NCBI RefSeq assembly: GCF_009834535.1
Contig: NC_045697.1
Location: forward strand, 63,676,001-63,740,000
DNA: 64,000 bases
Direction: 5' to 3'
Source of the DNA: Camelus ferus
Taxonomy: Eukaryota
Numbering within the stretch: position 1 is the stretch's first letter; each line of letters opens with the position of its first letter. A model generated the notes under the pieces. The model was given only the letters and a program-made list of their open reading frames with translations, was not told where the DNA came from and did not search any database. The position numbers and the translations under genes are program-made. This document shows, in pieces, positions 39,001 through 52,379 of this stretch.

Positions 39001-40639
39001 CTATTTTTGTAATATGTATATGTGGACATTTTAAAGTATCCTGTGATGTAGTTACAATATTACTTTAAAAATATGGGATGCTTTTTCACTTTTGAGGTGA
39101 CAGAACTTCAGCAGTGAAGACTGATGGAGTCCCTGAAAATAGTGATGGATCTTGTTTTTTCTAAAGGGAGATGAACAGCAATTCAAAGCTTCCAGTGAAT
39201 GGATCACAGATATCATTTTACAGCATTTCAAAGATGACTAGAGTGACTAACTGCAAAAAGGAAAACAGAGTTTGACAAATTTTTACATTTGGCTGTTTCC
39301 ACTTCCTCTTTTAGCTCAAATTCTTCTGAACTCTGTAGACTTTTCAAACAGGTGAAGTACAAATCTCCTGTGATTTATAATTTTAACATTGTATAAGAAA
39401 AAAAGGTTTCCAATATAATGGCTGAAAGAGGGATAAGGGAATCACAAAGAATATTTAAACTGTGTACATTAACTTTAAAGGAAGACTGGAAATTATATGT
39501 AAGAGTGAATTCTTGGAGTTAGGCTCAGCAGCCTTGGGAAAGTTTCTGAATTGCTAAGTCTGTTCTGTAAACCTATGACTAGTCACACATGTCAATACTA
39601 TCACTTACAAAATGAATTCTAAATATGGCTAAGGTTGGAAATCCATATATACAACAAAAAGTTTTTAAATCAGCAATGGAAGTGAAACTTGACAATGAAT
39701 TTAAAGTCTGTGCAGCAAGCTGAAAGAGAAAAAATAGTTATCCAGAATAAGAAAACAAGAATTTAGGAACCAAGTAAGATTGGTAATTGGTATGTCAAGC
39801 TGTGTTCAGACTTGGCTTGGGTTTTCTTAGCTTCTTGAGCAGTCTCATCAGTCTCACTAAGAAGCCATGCAAGATAGAAAGATGCATAGCAAGAACCTGT
39901 AAGAAAACCAAACTTCCTGTCTTAAAATTGAAACAGCAGGGATCTTCAATTTTAAAGCTCTGCCAAGATCATCCAGTACAACTCACCATATCCTTCTACC
40001 CCCATGTCATTTTCTTGATAGGTAAACCAAAACTAGAGTTGAACATGATCCTCATCTTCCAAAAATGTGCTTTTCTCCCCAAAATGGTGCCCCCTGTTTA
40101 AGAAGAGATGTAGTGGTAAGAAGCAGGAAGGACAGAAGTGTTTACAAACATGCTTGGCATTCTTTTGGGCCATACACCATAGCTGCAAAATGAAACTAAC
40201 AATAGCAAGAATTAAGGTGACACGTCGTCTTTTTCCTAAATAAATCCGTTTCCAAACAGAACAGAACATCTAAAAGGTATGTTCATTTCAGCTCAATGTA
40301 AGCTGAACTATTACATAGCAAAAGTATTATAAGAATTGAATTAATCCGGGTGAGACATTTGGAGCAGTGCTAGACACATAGATAACACCCACAAAATACT
40401 AGTTAGTTTTATACCTGCATTAATAATTAGTTTTCATTTGGATAATATCAACACAAACAGCAACATCGTGATGCTACTAATAAAAATTAGTTTACTATGG
40501 ACTAGGCACTGAGTTGTGTCTTACATGTTACCTCACTTATTCTTACAAATTGCCTCAATTTTATAGCTATGGTGCCTCAAACATAAAATGGTTTAGAAAT
40601 ACTCCAATAGACAGCTGTTAAAGCAATAGTTTGTAACAG

Positions 40640-40810
40640 AGCTACTCAAACAATTTGGTAGAAGAAAGATAGTCCTGATTCAGGACCAGCTGACCAGAAT
40701 TCAAGCCCCGAATCTGCCATTTATAGGTTAAGTTCCCTGCAGCAAGCCCCCTCATCTGTCAAGTGAAGAGGTTGAACAACAAGTTATTTGAAGTTCCTTC
40801 AAGCTCTTTC
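40640..40810 (+). mobile_element. MIR3-like fragment
   Basis: aattcaagccccgaatctgcca...cctcatctgtcaagtgaagaggttgaac. Confidence 0.6.
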
Positions 40811-42709
40811 TTGTGTCTCCAAAGTTGAGGCTAATGTAAAAGTTACACAGTTATTCAAGCTTTTTTAAAAATTAATTTTGGCTTTATCCAGTTAAATCTT
40901 AACTATTTTCTACAGCTGAGAAAAATTATCACAATAAAATCTCCACAGTGTTGGAAATTAAATATCTATTCCATCTGTTCATTCTCTAGTTTTCCATATT
41001 GGAAAAATAAAGCGACCAAATCTAGGGGTATTGGATACTTTATTTCTGACTCTGTTTACAGGGACGCATGGATAATCTTCACAACATAGTAGCAGTTTGG
41101 GAGGACTTTGTAATCATTACTATCTTGCCTCTTTGGTATACTTTAGACAGAGATGACTTCATACCCTAGCACAGTTACTGAGGGTGTTCACACAGATGTC
41201 TGAATGCTGTTCTGCAAGAGAGACTTTGGTAGAAAGGTAGAAAATTCTATTTTTTTTTCAGTTAATAGCTTTTTTTCTTTTAATGCTTAGTAAACTATCT
41301 TAATTTAGCATGCTATAGAACATTTGCTTTGGGGTAATTTTTTTATACCTACAATTTATAGCTTTTTGGTTTGGTTTCATGTTCTTAATTTTGATCAAGA
41401 CAAATTATACTCTCCAGTGACAATATATGTAAAATAAGGAAAATATATTTTCCTCAACTGTGGTTCCCCAGAATATTTTAAAATATGATTTTCTGAAGTT
41501 ATGCTAGATAAATATTATCTTTACTACTTGAGAATAATGAAGCAGATTTTTATATTAATTAAAATTTTGTAAATCTTGTATTAATTTTGAGTCAACCAAT
41601 ATACATGCATATTTACATATACATAAGTAATTTTACTGTTTCTGTCTACATCAGGTCTTTCTGAGAGTCAGATTGTCTCAGTGAATAGAATTTAAACACT
41701 TCTTTCTTTCTTAGTGGCAATTACACAATATGAAAATTCCAAGTACTTTTTCATTTTAAAATGTGAAAGTTGTGTGGTATATACGTAAGTAAACACCACC
41801 AAGGGGCTTGGTTTCCTTGAGATTCATATTTCTTTTGAAAAATTTCTGTCTTCATTGTTGTTTCTTGGTTAATCAGGCTGATGTTACAGTCTGATCTCTC
41901 AAAGAAGATTGACTAATTTACTCTCAGTAAGAGTCAACAAAAATCAAGATTGCTGTAGTTTTCCTAGTAGAAACTAGAATTCACTGTTGATACATCTCCC
42001 TAACAGATTTCCTCACTCAAGTCACCTGACCTACCAACTTGAGGGTTTAGATTCACTCTAGGACTCAAACTAACTTCTGCCATCAATTAGGACTTCACAT
42101 CTCAAGAATCATTAGTGAATCTTATTATACACTAGATCTTTTGACTTCTCCACTGAAATACATCCTTGCCTAAAGCCTTGTTAGCATATGGAAATCTTAG
42201 TTTATTTTCTTTGCACATATGGCTCCTAATTTCTTGCCATCCGGTTCTCTGACTCAGTCCTTTAACCTCTAGGTTGGTCTTTCAATAATTCAGTGCCTAA
42301 ATTAGGGCGAAGCTTTTTATATAGTGTATACAGTAAATCACATCTACCCTGGCAGGTTTATTCCCCAACTCCTATTCCATCCAAGCGAATATGCTTCTTA
42401 AAGTTCTGACATCTCACTCCTCTTAAATCACTGTGTTGCCTTGAAGAATCATCATGACTCATGCATGAGTTCCACGTTATGATAAATTTGTGTTCATAAG
42501 TACATAAGACATTAAACATCTGGACTGGTGGGAACGTAAAGAAACTTGACTAAGGATGAATCAATGAACTTGGTATCTCAGCTCTTAAAGTATTGGTTTA
42601 AGTTTTGTTTTTGTACTTACTAACTCTGGTACTCAGAATCACATAATTTAAATTCTGTAAGTTTCAATTTCCTCCTTTGAAAAAGTAAGCTTAAAATACT
42701 TACCTTGAG

Positions 42710-43655
42710 TTCTGCTTCTATATGTGAGGGAGAAATGGCTGTAAGACTTACCCTCCAGCTGTAATCGTTAGAAGACTAGGCAAAACATATGAAATCATTC
42801 TCGCACATTAAAAGACAGACAGGGATGCACTATAATACCTCTGAAAAAGGAAAGAAATAAAGAGAGCCTTGCGATACTTGGATTCCTGCCTGCAGGCAAT
42901 TTTTGGACCTTGGTACATGGAGAGACAACCCAGACAGAACTTCACGGTCTTTACATTTTATGGTTGAGGAGTCAAAGATCTGAGTTTGGAGAGAACAGGC
43001 AGCTTGGATTTGCAGGGCTGATTACCAGAAAGGAGGAAAAAACACAAAGAAGATCTCTAGATATCTGCATAGGTGTTACCCTGAGAATTTTGTTTGAATA
43101 ACAGTCTTCACATGTGTAGAGTGAAATTTGACAAGAGTAGGAAAAGGTTAAGATTACCAGATAACTTGAAATAGAATTCCCAGAGCTTTCACTGGCCTGA
43201 GAATCTTTTGAATTCCCATTAGTCAGAGTAGTGAGTCCTTCACTGAATAAATGGGATATTCAGTAGAGAGCAAGAAAGGGTCAAGCTCAGTAACAGATAA
43301 ATAATTCTAAACACTACTTCAAACTCACCCTAAATTTTTTCTGAAACAAGCCTCAGAGTGGTCAGTGTGAACCACAAGTTAACCATCTGCCAGAAACAAT
43401 CCTAACTCTTTCTAAGGTAATAAACAAAATTTATTTAGTGTCTAGCACTAAACAAAATAAAAATCACAATATCTGGCAACCAATAGAAACATTATTGGCT
43501 ATAAGAAAAAAATAGGAAAATGTGACTTATAACCAGGAAATAATTCAGTCAATAGAAACAGACTTGGAAATGACAGATGATAGAATTAACAGACAAGAAG
43601 TTCAGAACACCATTGCAAATATAAATGCATTGAGGAATTAAAGAAAAACATAATT
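42710..43655 (+). mobile_element. Old L1 (L1MC/L1ME-like) 5' UTR to ORF1 start fragment
   Basis: ttctgcttc...ttaccctcc... and aaatgtgacttataaccagga...tcaatagaaacagac...gaattaacagacaag. Confidence 0.7.
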
Positions 43656-43769
43656 TGTATTCTTCAAATGAAAGGCACAAACCCAAAGTATTTTGTTCTA
43701 ATTGATCTTATATTTACACATTATATATGTATAATAATGATAATAAAAATTAGTATAAGAAGAGGAGAT

Positions 43770-43990
43770 AATAATTACTGTTTTAGGATACCCTGTGCCT
43801 GGCCCTTTGCTAAGTGCTATGCACATACTGTCCAGTTTTATCTTTATAGCAACCACATGAGTTACTGTATTATTATTTTTCAAGTAAAAAAGATGAGGTT
43901 GAGAAATACTATATTATTTGTTAGAACACAAAATAATATGCCACACTGAAGCTATAAGCTCTCAATCATCTGAATTCAAAAGCACACCAT
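43770..43990 (-). mobile_element. MIR fragment
   Basis: tgtgcctggccctttgctaagtgct...tattattatttttcaagt...gaggttgagaa. Confidence 0.65.
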
Positions 43991-44999
43991 TATACTATTT
44001 CCCATATCCTAAAAGTTAGGGGCATGGACACCATTTACAATTTATTTTTAGCCTACACTACCAGGTTTAGGAAATGTTCTAATATTTTGTTTTACATCTT
44101 AGTTTCATATGAAATTTAGACTCTTCAAAATACATCCTGTATATGTACATAATTTTCTATACTCAGAAATCAGACTGCCATTTATTTACAGGAATAACTG
44201 CCGGGTTGATTCTAGAGCCTTTTCTAGATTCAGTAAAGCAATGGTCTATTTTTAAAAACAAAATGGCCTTAGTTAATATTTTTTGCAACTGTTTTCTCTA
44301 ACCAACTCTAATGTTTTATGTATGAGATAAAAATTTAAAAACCACTTAAAAAACCTTTTAAACACAAACAGTCTAGTTTCTGTTAAGATATTATAAAAAT
44401 TTTGCCTTTTTAAACATAAATGCTATCACCAAATGAAAAAAAATGGACCCTACAAATATTTTCTTATAACTATGAATACTTAATAAGTGATTACACTCTG
44501 TGCTGCTTAAGGCAACAATAAAAACAGTAAAAAATCTTTCCTTAAATTCCAAAATATAAAGCTAGAGATATAATAATTAAGTCTACTATATCTTTCTTAC
44601 AGGGTATTTTTCTTACCAGATGTAAGAAAAATAGTGATAATGCAGAATATATAGTTAAGGAGTTCTGCTATTCAGATTTTCATCAGCAATAGAAAAATAC
44701 TTTGTCAAAATTATTCATAATAATGTGAAAAGTCAAGTTTTTTAAAGCTCTGTCAAATAATTTAAAGGCAGGTGAAAAAGGTTGTGATAAAGATAAATCC
44801 CAATATTTATTTGTATTTTTTCAGTTTTTCTTCAGGCAGTGTTTCTAAAAAAAGGGAGAATGAATTATTGGTTTTGACTCAATTATGAGAATATGAGAGT
44901 TCTCATTTATGTCTCTATTTGATATTTTAAAATTTTACCCTCAGTTTTCAAAACTGCTATCAAAGTAAGCATTCACTTAAACAATAGTACAAACTCCTT

Positions 45000-45570
45000 C
45001 TCTTGAAAGACTTCCCCATTTGGTCACATTTTCAGCCTTACTTTCCAGCTACTCCTTTTCGCCTGAGTCACAATATATGCCACCTAAACCACTTGCCTTT
45101 CCTAGACCTCTTAGTGCAGTGCCTCTCAAACTCTAATGTGCATATGAATTGCCTGGAAACTTTGTTAAAATATATATTCTTGTTCAGCTGGTATTGGGTG
45201 GAGTCAGCATTTCTGATGAGTTCCCACGTGATGACTTGCTGCGACGCCAGGTCTCCAGAGCACTGAGTGCTGTTCTCCTTCTGTGTTCCTTCCTCTGCCT
45301 CTAGGACTGTTACGATGTGATTCCCCTATGTGATCCTCCTGTGTGATCCTTGATGCTTCTGCCTGTTTGCTGCCTCAATGAGCCTCTTTCTTCCTATGCT
45401 CAGAGAAATTTTTATATACCTGACATCATTCTCCTGAAGTTTTATCTTAACCTTTGTGTGTTTAATCAATGATCTAAACTTGAGGACTATGTTATTTATA
45501 TCTGCAATATCTAGCATGGTGTCTGGTACAAATGCCATAGTACATATAGCACAAATATGTATTGTAAAAT
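45000..45570 (+). mobile_element. L2 fragments flanking a MER5A
   Basis: ttcctctgcctctagg...ctagcatggtgtctggtaca. Confidence 0.55.
45117..45268. mobile_element. MER5A-like hAT-Charlie
   Basis: cagtgcctctcaaactctaatgtgcatatgaattgcctgg...ttgttaaaat...gcatttct...gttcccacgtgatg. Confidence 0.8.
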
Positions 45571-47029
45571 AACTAAAGTTAAGTGGTTGAGAGAAGGAGG
45601 GAAAGAGAATAAGAGGAAAAAGAAGGCAGAAAGGAAGAATTAGGTACTGTGAGATCACATTTTATTGCAGTTTTCATGCAGTTCCTCAACATACTAAGCT
45701 ACTATAGTAGGAAAATTAATAGGAATTGAAGCTTTTATTGTATTTAGAGGAGGCAAAAAAGCTTCCATTATTTTGCTTTCTAAGTAGCAATATTTCCAGG
45801 AACGATAGATAGACAGCCGGACTCTTATACAGCAAGCATATTTTGCAATAGGTCTGCTAAGAAAAAGATGAACCCTTCTACCATTTAATTATGCATGGTG
45901 TTTATTGGGGACTTAAAGTGAATCCCTCCTCTTTTAGTGTAGAAAGCTGTTATGATAATAGAATACAGAGGAAGTCCTTCATCAGGAGATAAAATCCTGA
46001 ACGTTTCCCGGATGATCACCAGTGCTGCAAAGGAAGCTGCTGCTTTTTATCAGCTTACTTATACTGGGGCCCCAAGATGTGCCAGGGGCAATGCAGTAGA
46101 CAAAGAACTTTCTATCAACATATCCTATACATACTACTTCAGTTTTAAACAGTATCTTTTAGACTGTGGTTTCACCAAGGGACAGTCATTACTAAAAAAA
46201 ATGCTTTACATTGTATTTTTATTCATGGTCTTGGGATTTAGCACAAAGTGCATTGGTACCACCTTTGAAGACTTAGATATAAATATTGATAGATATTTGG
46301 CTAGGCACTATTTAATCCATTACTGGCACAAGCAACATAAAAAAGACTTTAAAATAAAATAATTGAGAAAAAAAGGTGGGCACGTATTAATCATTGAACA
46401 AGGATATGCCTGACCAATGGATTTGTATTTTCTTTTGACATAATTGAAATGCAACATGTATACTTTGTGTGTCTCCTATTAATTTAAGGGCAGGTTAGAG
46501 GGAAGTTTTCTCATCGTGTGTATTACTCTATATTGCCTAGGATATTAAAGTAGAGCACTCAACTGTGGGTTTCTGTGTACTGAGGATGTGTTTGGATTTC
46601 AAATTCGTGTCTTTTTCTTACATATATTATTATATGTAACTGGCTGTTACAGACTTACAACAGCATAGTAAATGTTATTTCTGAAAATTAAAGACCATTA
46701 TTGCTACCAAATCAATGTGATTGATGCATATGCAGTTTGCTTTTGTTAATTTTAAACATGATTTTAGTATCACTACTGATCAGCTATCTACCTTCATTTC
46801 ATTTTCTTTTGAGTGGTGTGTTCTCTTAATTTTGTATATAACCTGTTGTCTGAATTTTATGTACAGCCCTTATTATAAACCATTCTCCTAGAAAAAAATG
46901 GGTCATACATTCATCTACATTCAAATCTTCTTTGTTAAATGAATTCTCTTTCACTTCAAAAATTTTGCATTAGTACTAATTATTGGTTATTTCTTGCCAA
47001 CAGTAACATTTTCGTTTTTTTTCTTTCAG

Positions 47030-47074
47030 GGTTTGAACCAGAAAAGACTGGAGGCAGTACAAGGCGGGAGAGAG
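47030..47074 (+). other. Candidate 45-nt symmetric exon of an unidentified host transcript
   Basis: Long pyrimidine tract ending ttctttcag, then GAG|gtaaga donor; TACTAAT at 46974; two frames open (GLNQKRLEAVQGGRE or FEPEKTGGSTRRER). Confidence 0.45.
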
Positions 47075-50000
47075 GTAAGAAAGTCTAAGGGAGAGGGATG
47101 GGGAAGAAAAGAAAATGGATACAATGTCGCAGTGATTTGGTTGGTGATGTTGACTGATGCTGATGGTGTTCAATACTATGGGGAGGTGTTAAAAGGAATT
47201 TTGATAACATACATTCTATTCACTCTGGCCAAGCCATATTTTACCCATGTTTATGCAGACATATTACTTGTGCTTGCTTCTCTGAAACTGAAGAAAATAT
47301 CATGTCTATTGTTAGGCAAGAGTTGTTTTTGTTACAATGGATTTTATAATAGTTGGGTGCTCTAGAGTGGACATTTCCTTTTTAAGCAAATACAACATGC
47401 AATATTTTAAAATAATTTACTGAGAAATTAGCATAATTCTAACAATGGAACATTTTATGGCATCTGGCATTCTATCCTGTCTGAAGCTACTGTCATATGC
47501 GACGAGGTGGGCATACGTTATTAGGTGGTGTGAAGGTAAGACTAGTGATTCTAAAACTTTCTTTAATTATTGTCTATCCTGAATGTTTTTTCAAGAAGGC
47601 AGACTTTCAAAAGCACCAAACATAATACTGTATTGTATACATGATGCATATTATTATTTTCTTATTCTAATGTGCAGACTTAACCTCACCTTGGTTAAAA
47701 TTCTTTCCAGGCTAAATGTGTAAATGTTAATGACTCTGGTTGTTGGGTGTAGGGAGATGGTGGAATATTTAATTCAGTAAAACAGTATTTTCTTGTTGCT
47801 CAAAAGGTAATTTTAATTTTGGTGATATTTATATAATAATTTTTCAGCTAAAGTGCAATACTTTGTCTTATAAAATAAGATGGTAAATCTTACCCTCCTC
47901 CCTATCTGTAGCTTCTTTCTGTAAAAACATATTTCTTCTTAATTAACTGTATAGTATCTGCCCCTTCTTTCCTTGCTCTTTTAATTTCCAGTTGTGTGTA
48001 TTTAGTATTTGACATTTTAGTTCCTAATCAATTTGTCATTTAGGGTCTTTTTCCATTTATTTGCTGTTTTCCATCTGAACATATCTATTCCTTTTGAGGG
48101 ACACATAGTAGTAGGCTTACATTGGCAAAAGAGCTGGAAAAGGTGAAATATAGGTAAATCTTAAGATATTTTTCATGCTGTAGGAGAGCAAGGTAGAAAG
48201 GACATGGTCATCAGTTTAGGCTGAGTGGGAAAAAAATATGGAGCATGTAAGGAAGACCTCAGAGCCATTTATAGGTTTGTGAGAGTAACTACTTTCACTT
48301 AGATGGACCAGAATGGATCTATGTAGAGAAAGAACCTAACTCATCACCTCCTAAGTGGAAGTTCACACCCAGGCAGAACTGCCACAATTTGTTTCTCCTG
48401 ATTCTTTGCTTTTGAGGACTTGCAGTTTGGATCGTATCACTCAGCTTCTCACTGCTGTATCCTAATCCAAGAGCAATTGTGTGTCCAAAGAAGGGAAACG
48501 TTAAGTCTGTGTACCTCTGAAGTGGCATTGCTAAATGGTGGCAAAATTCGTTTTTTAAATTAAGATTCTGTAGTTTTTCATGGTGTTTTTAAAAGCCTAA
48601 TGACTGGTTTTTATTAAAAAGAGTTGCTATTAAATTTTATTGCTTATATTTTTCCTTTGCTCTGCTTTTATTTTTATTACAAGTGCACTATGGGTGCAAA
48701 TTTTTAATGACCTACAGTTTTATATATACATTTACATAGAGGGGACAACCTTGATTTGGACCTTCTTCCTGAGGTTAATGGAATAATTGTGAAGGAGGTA
48801 AGATGGTCAAATTAATGACAATCCAGTAAGGACTGCACTTGAGAACCCCCAATCCAGGAATAGAAAGTGAAAATCGACTATTAAAATTCAAAACAACCAC
48901 TTCACTTCGTATCTGGGCAACACTGCGTTACTTGGGCACACTTCTAGCCAGCCTAACACTCACCTTAATTTTCTTCATGATTATAAAGTTTAATATATTC
49001 TATGGTAAGAAACTTCAGCGAGGTGCCAGACAGGTGAAATGTGTTGTGAATACTATTCTGTCGAGTCTCAGTGGTAAGTGATCTGTAAACAAGAGTATAA
49101 TTACTTAATAAGAGCTTCCTAATCTCTCTTGCTTATGAAATGTGACAGAAATCTTTCTGATTTCTATTTGTTGTGTTCCTTCTGTGCACTACAAAGGTGT
49201 ATAATTTACTTCTGATTACATTAAATTGAAATGTGTGGATTTGGAAAACTCTTAAAAAATGTTCTCTTAGAATTTTTCATCCTAATGCTATTGTGATTGA
49301 TGAAGACTTAATGACAATGATTACTTTTTCAGATGAATTAATTTGTCTTAGTTCAAATGACAGATGTTCCCAGTAGGTATTGATGGATGTGATACTAAGG
49401 GCCTGTTACCAAATATTTATAAGAAAATTTAAGATGTGTCGTTTAAAATGTTCTATTTACCTATTTGAGATAATGACAATGGTTAGAGTATGCATGGAAA
49501 ATTGAAGCAGGCAGTAATATGCTATTTAGCTAAGTGGTAAGTATTATTAAAAAGCTAATTGCTAGACAGGAAGGCCAGGTTTGAACACTGCATGCTGTAT
49601 AAAAATATAAATTAAGAAGTGATTAAAATATAAATTACTTTTCTGAAGAAAATAGAGGTAAACAGCTCCTAAATTGCTTGTATTGTGAAATATTTGAAAA
49701 TAGGTATTAGTTGTATTTAAAAAAACCCAGTTACATTTTTTTGTATATTTATACATGCTTACTGTGCATATAGATTGAGAGTGCTGATCTTAATAGATAA
49801 TAACAAGGTTGTTTAAAAAGGGAGATCAGTGAAATACTGTGTAAACTGTGATTATATAACTGTATTCCTATCTGATTGTAAGTGAACTTCCTGCCTCTAG
49901 TGGAACCTTGTAACTCATAGAAAAACCTCAGTGAAATTTCACTGGGTATGACACATAGATAAATGATTATATTCCTTTTCTTAAGGAATTTTTGTTCTAT

Positions 50001-52379
50001 GCAGTGCTTTTATTGTTAAATGTGGATAAAACCAGGTTCTATCATTTTTCTTAAAACATTGTATACTTTTGTTATTTTAAATAGTATTATATTTTCCAAA
50101 GTATAGTCTTTGTTAACTTATTAAAGATTCAGCTGTGTGTGCATGTGTACTTGTGTATGTGTGTACATGTGTGTTTGTGTACACATAAATTCTCAATGGC
50201 AAGATGTCTTTATTTCTACCCTACCTCCAAAATACTCGACCATCCATATTCTGGATATCTGATATCACCAATATGAACACACTTGATACAGGACTTTTTA
50301 TCATGGGTGAAGAAAACTAATTATTATGATTAGATATCTAAATCAGGATTCAACATTTAATTTCAGAAATTATACTGAATGTAGCTAGCTCAGGTGAGAG
50401 ACAATGGTGATTAGAACTTTTGGCTTGTGACTGTGCTGGTGGAAGTCAGAGATTACAGAACCACTGATGGGATGGAAATGATATGCAGGTGTGTAATGAT
50501 CAGGAGTCACTTTTACATAATTTACAGAGCTCAGAGCTCCCAAAATGATGAACAAAGTAAGTAGAGATCATGCTGCCTTCTTCACCTTCAAATCTGAAGA
50601 TAAGATTAATACTGGTACACTTGAACACTTTAAATAAATAATTTTATATCCTTATAAGACATATCAAAAATATTTCTTAAACTTCTGAGAGAAAATGAAT
50701 ATTTTTAATAATTTCTGGAAGCATTCCTTTGAAATATGACCAAAAATCATTATAGACATATTCATTACTTTACTAGAAAAGTCCATGGTTGTAGTTTGGA
50801 AAATTTTCAGTTGATTATATTTGACCATGCCAATGATACTTTTAAAATCCTAATTTTGCTGGGGAATTGCAAGGACAAATAAATAGATTCTGATAGACAT
50901 ATGGTTAGGAAAGAGTGGACATTTCAAATTATTGAAATAGTGGATTTTCAAATGTGTCATTCTCAAGAAAATCATGGGCATGCCTTACAGCCTGTCTGTT
51001 CTGTGATCTAGAATGCTTCACTGTCTTACTTTGTTGGACTACAGTGTTTCCAATCTTCTTTGCCAGAAACAATAAATAGGAAATTATAGCTTATTATGAG
51101 CTTCTAATACTTAAAAAACATAATTAATAAAGAGATACTTGTAAAAGGTAGATTGAAAATAAAATGTTTAGTTAAATCCTATTTCCCCAAGCCTACTTTA
51201 TATGTTTTAATCATTTAAAATAATAATTGAAGATTTTCTATTTATGTAAAGTGTCACTTGAGCACATAATATTCCTAGAGAAAGTGATTATTTGGTTCTG
51301 ACAAATAGATTTTATGCCTTTGCTAGTATGATTGGATAGACTTTTCATTGTTTATCCCATGACAAATTACATATTTCTACTTGAAGTTGAAAGTTGTTTG
51401 AAAAGTTGAGCCCTAAAAGGAAGAAAATTCAAAGGATGAAATTGATGATACTCTGTATTTCAGAATAACTTGTCTACCTGGAATATTAGCACAGGCATTA
51501 TTGTAAGTGGAACAAAATAAAAATCACCATTGATTTCTCTGTCCATTTATAACTGAATTAGTATTATGCAGATTATTTTAGACCTAGGGTATTGCTTAAG
51601 TTATGAAAACTCCCTGTTATTTCTCCCGGATCCAGCAGACAACTGGAGAGAACTGTTTTCCAAAGAGAGAAAATAAGAAAAATATGAGTTGTAAGAATAC
51701 AACTAAAATTGAAGAAAGGGTGCTGTTCTTGGAAATATGAGTTAACAAAATGTGTTGAAGTAACATTGTTTTCTTAAAATCTAATATTTTATATCATTCA
51801 AAATTACAGAAGATAGCTAATTTCTTTTATAGCTTTGTGAATCAATTAAAAAATCTTCACTAAGAAACAAATTATGATTACCAATTATCTTTAGTGCTTT
51901 TTCTGCAAAACTACTTCCATTTGCATGTTTCATTTATTGTTCAACATTCAGAATAGACTGTTTCCATTTTTGTCCAAATTTAGCTATCCCATTCTCAGTT
52001 GATACAGAGTTCTATAGAATAAGAAATTCTTTTATAACCTCAGTGATGACACAATTTGGGGGAGAAATATATATTGGCTAATATGACATTCTTCTTTGAG
52101 ATATAAAAGCTGAGACAAAGATAACTCTTCCTTTATAACTAGAATTATTCAATGCTTCAGTGGCTATGGTTTGCCACTAAGATGTACCTGATTTACAGTT
52201 CAATTCTGAGATCAAGAGATTTTTAAGGACTCAGTAAAAAAAAAAATAAAATATCCCTACTTTTTTCATTTCTTGGAATTGACAGACAGTAAAGGAACTC
52301 AAAGATCTTTGTGCTTATAAATCAATATTAAGTGAATGAATTACACTTTACAAGACTGTAATAATTATTCCCATTTCAA

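Noticed and set aside
45952..46362. 136-aa ORF
   Set aside because: No recognisable domain or splice framing; the C-terminal half has the composition of AT-rich background
47095..48900. Faint resemblance to gp130/LIFR-family FN3 and Box1 motifs (ENGYNVAVIW..DADG, YVIRWC, TPNP), suggesting a cytokine-receptor pseudogene
   Set aside because: The matches are very short, need frameshifts, and the splice position and TM/Box1 order do not fit; an HHpred or TBLASTN hit would be required
49888..49903. Partial CTCF motif (reverse TCCACTAGAGGCAG), and a similar one near 13688
   Set aside because: Core positions are missing or mismatched
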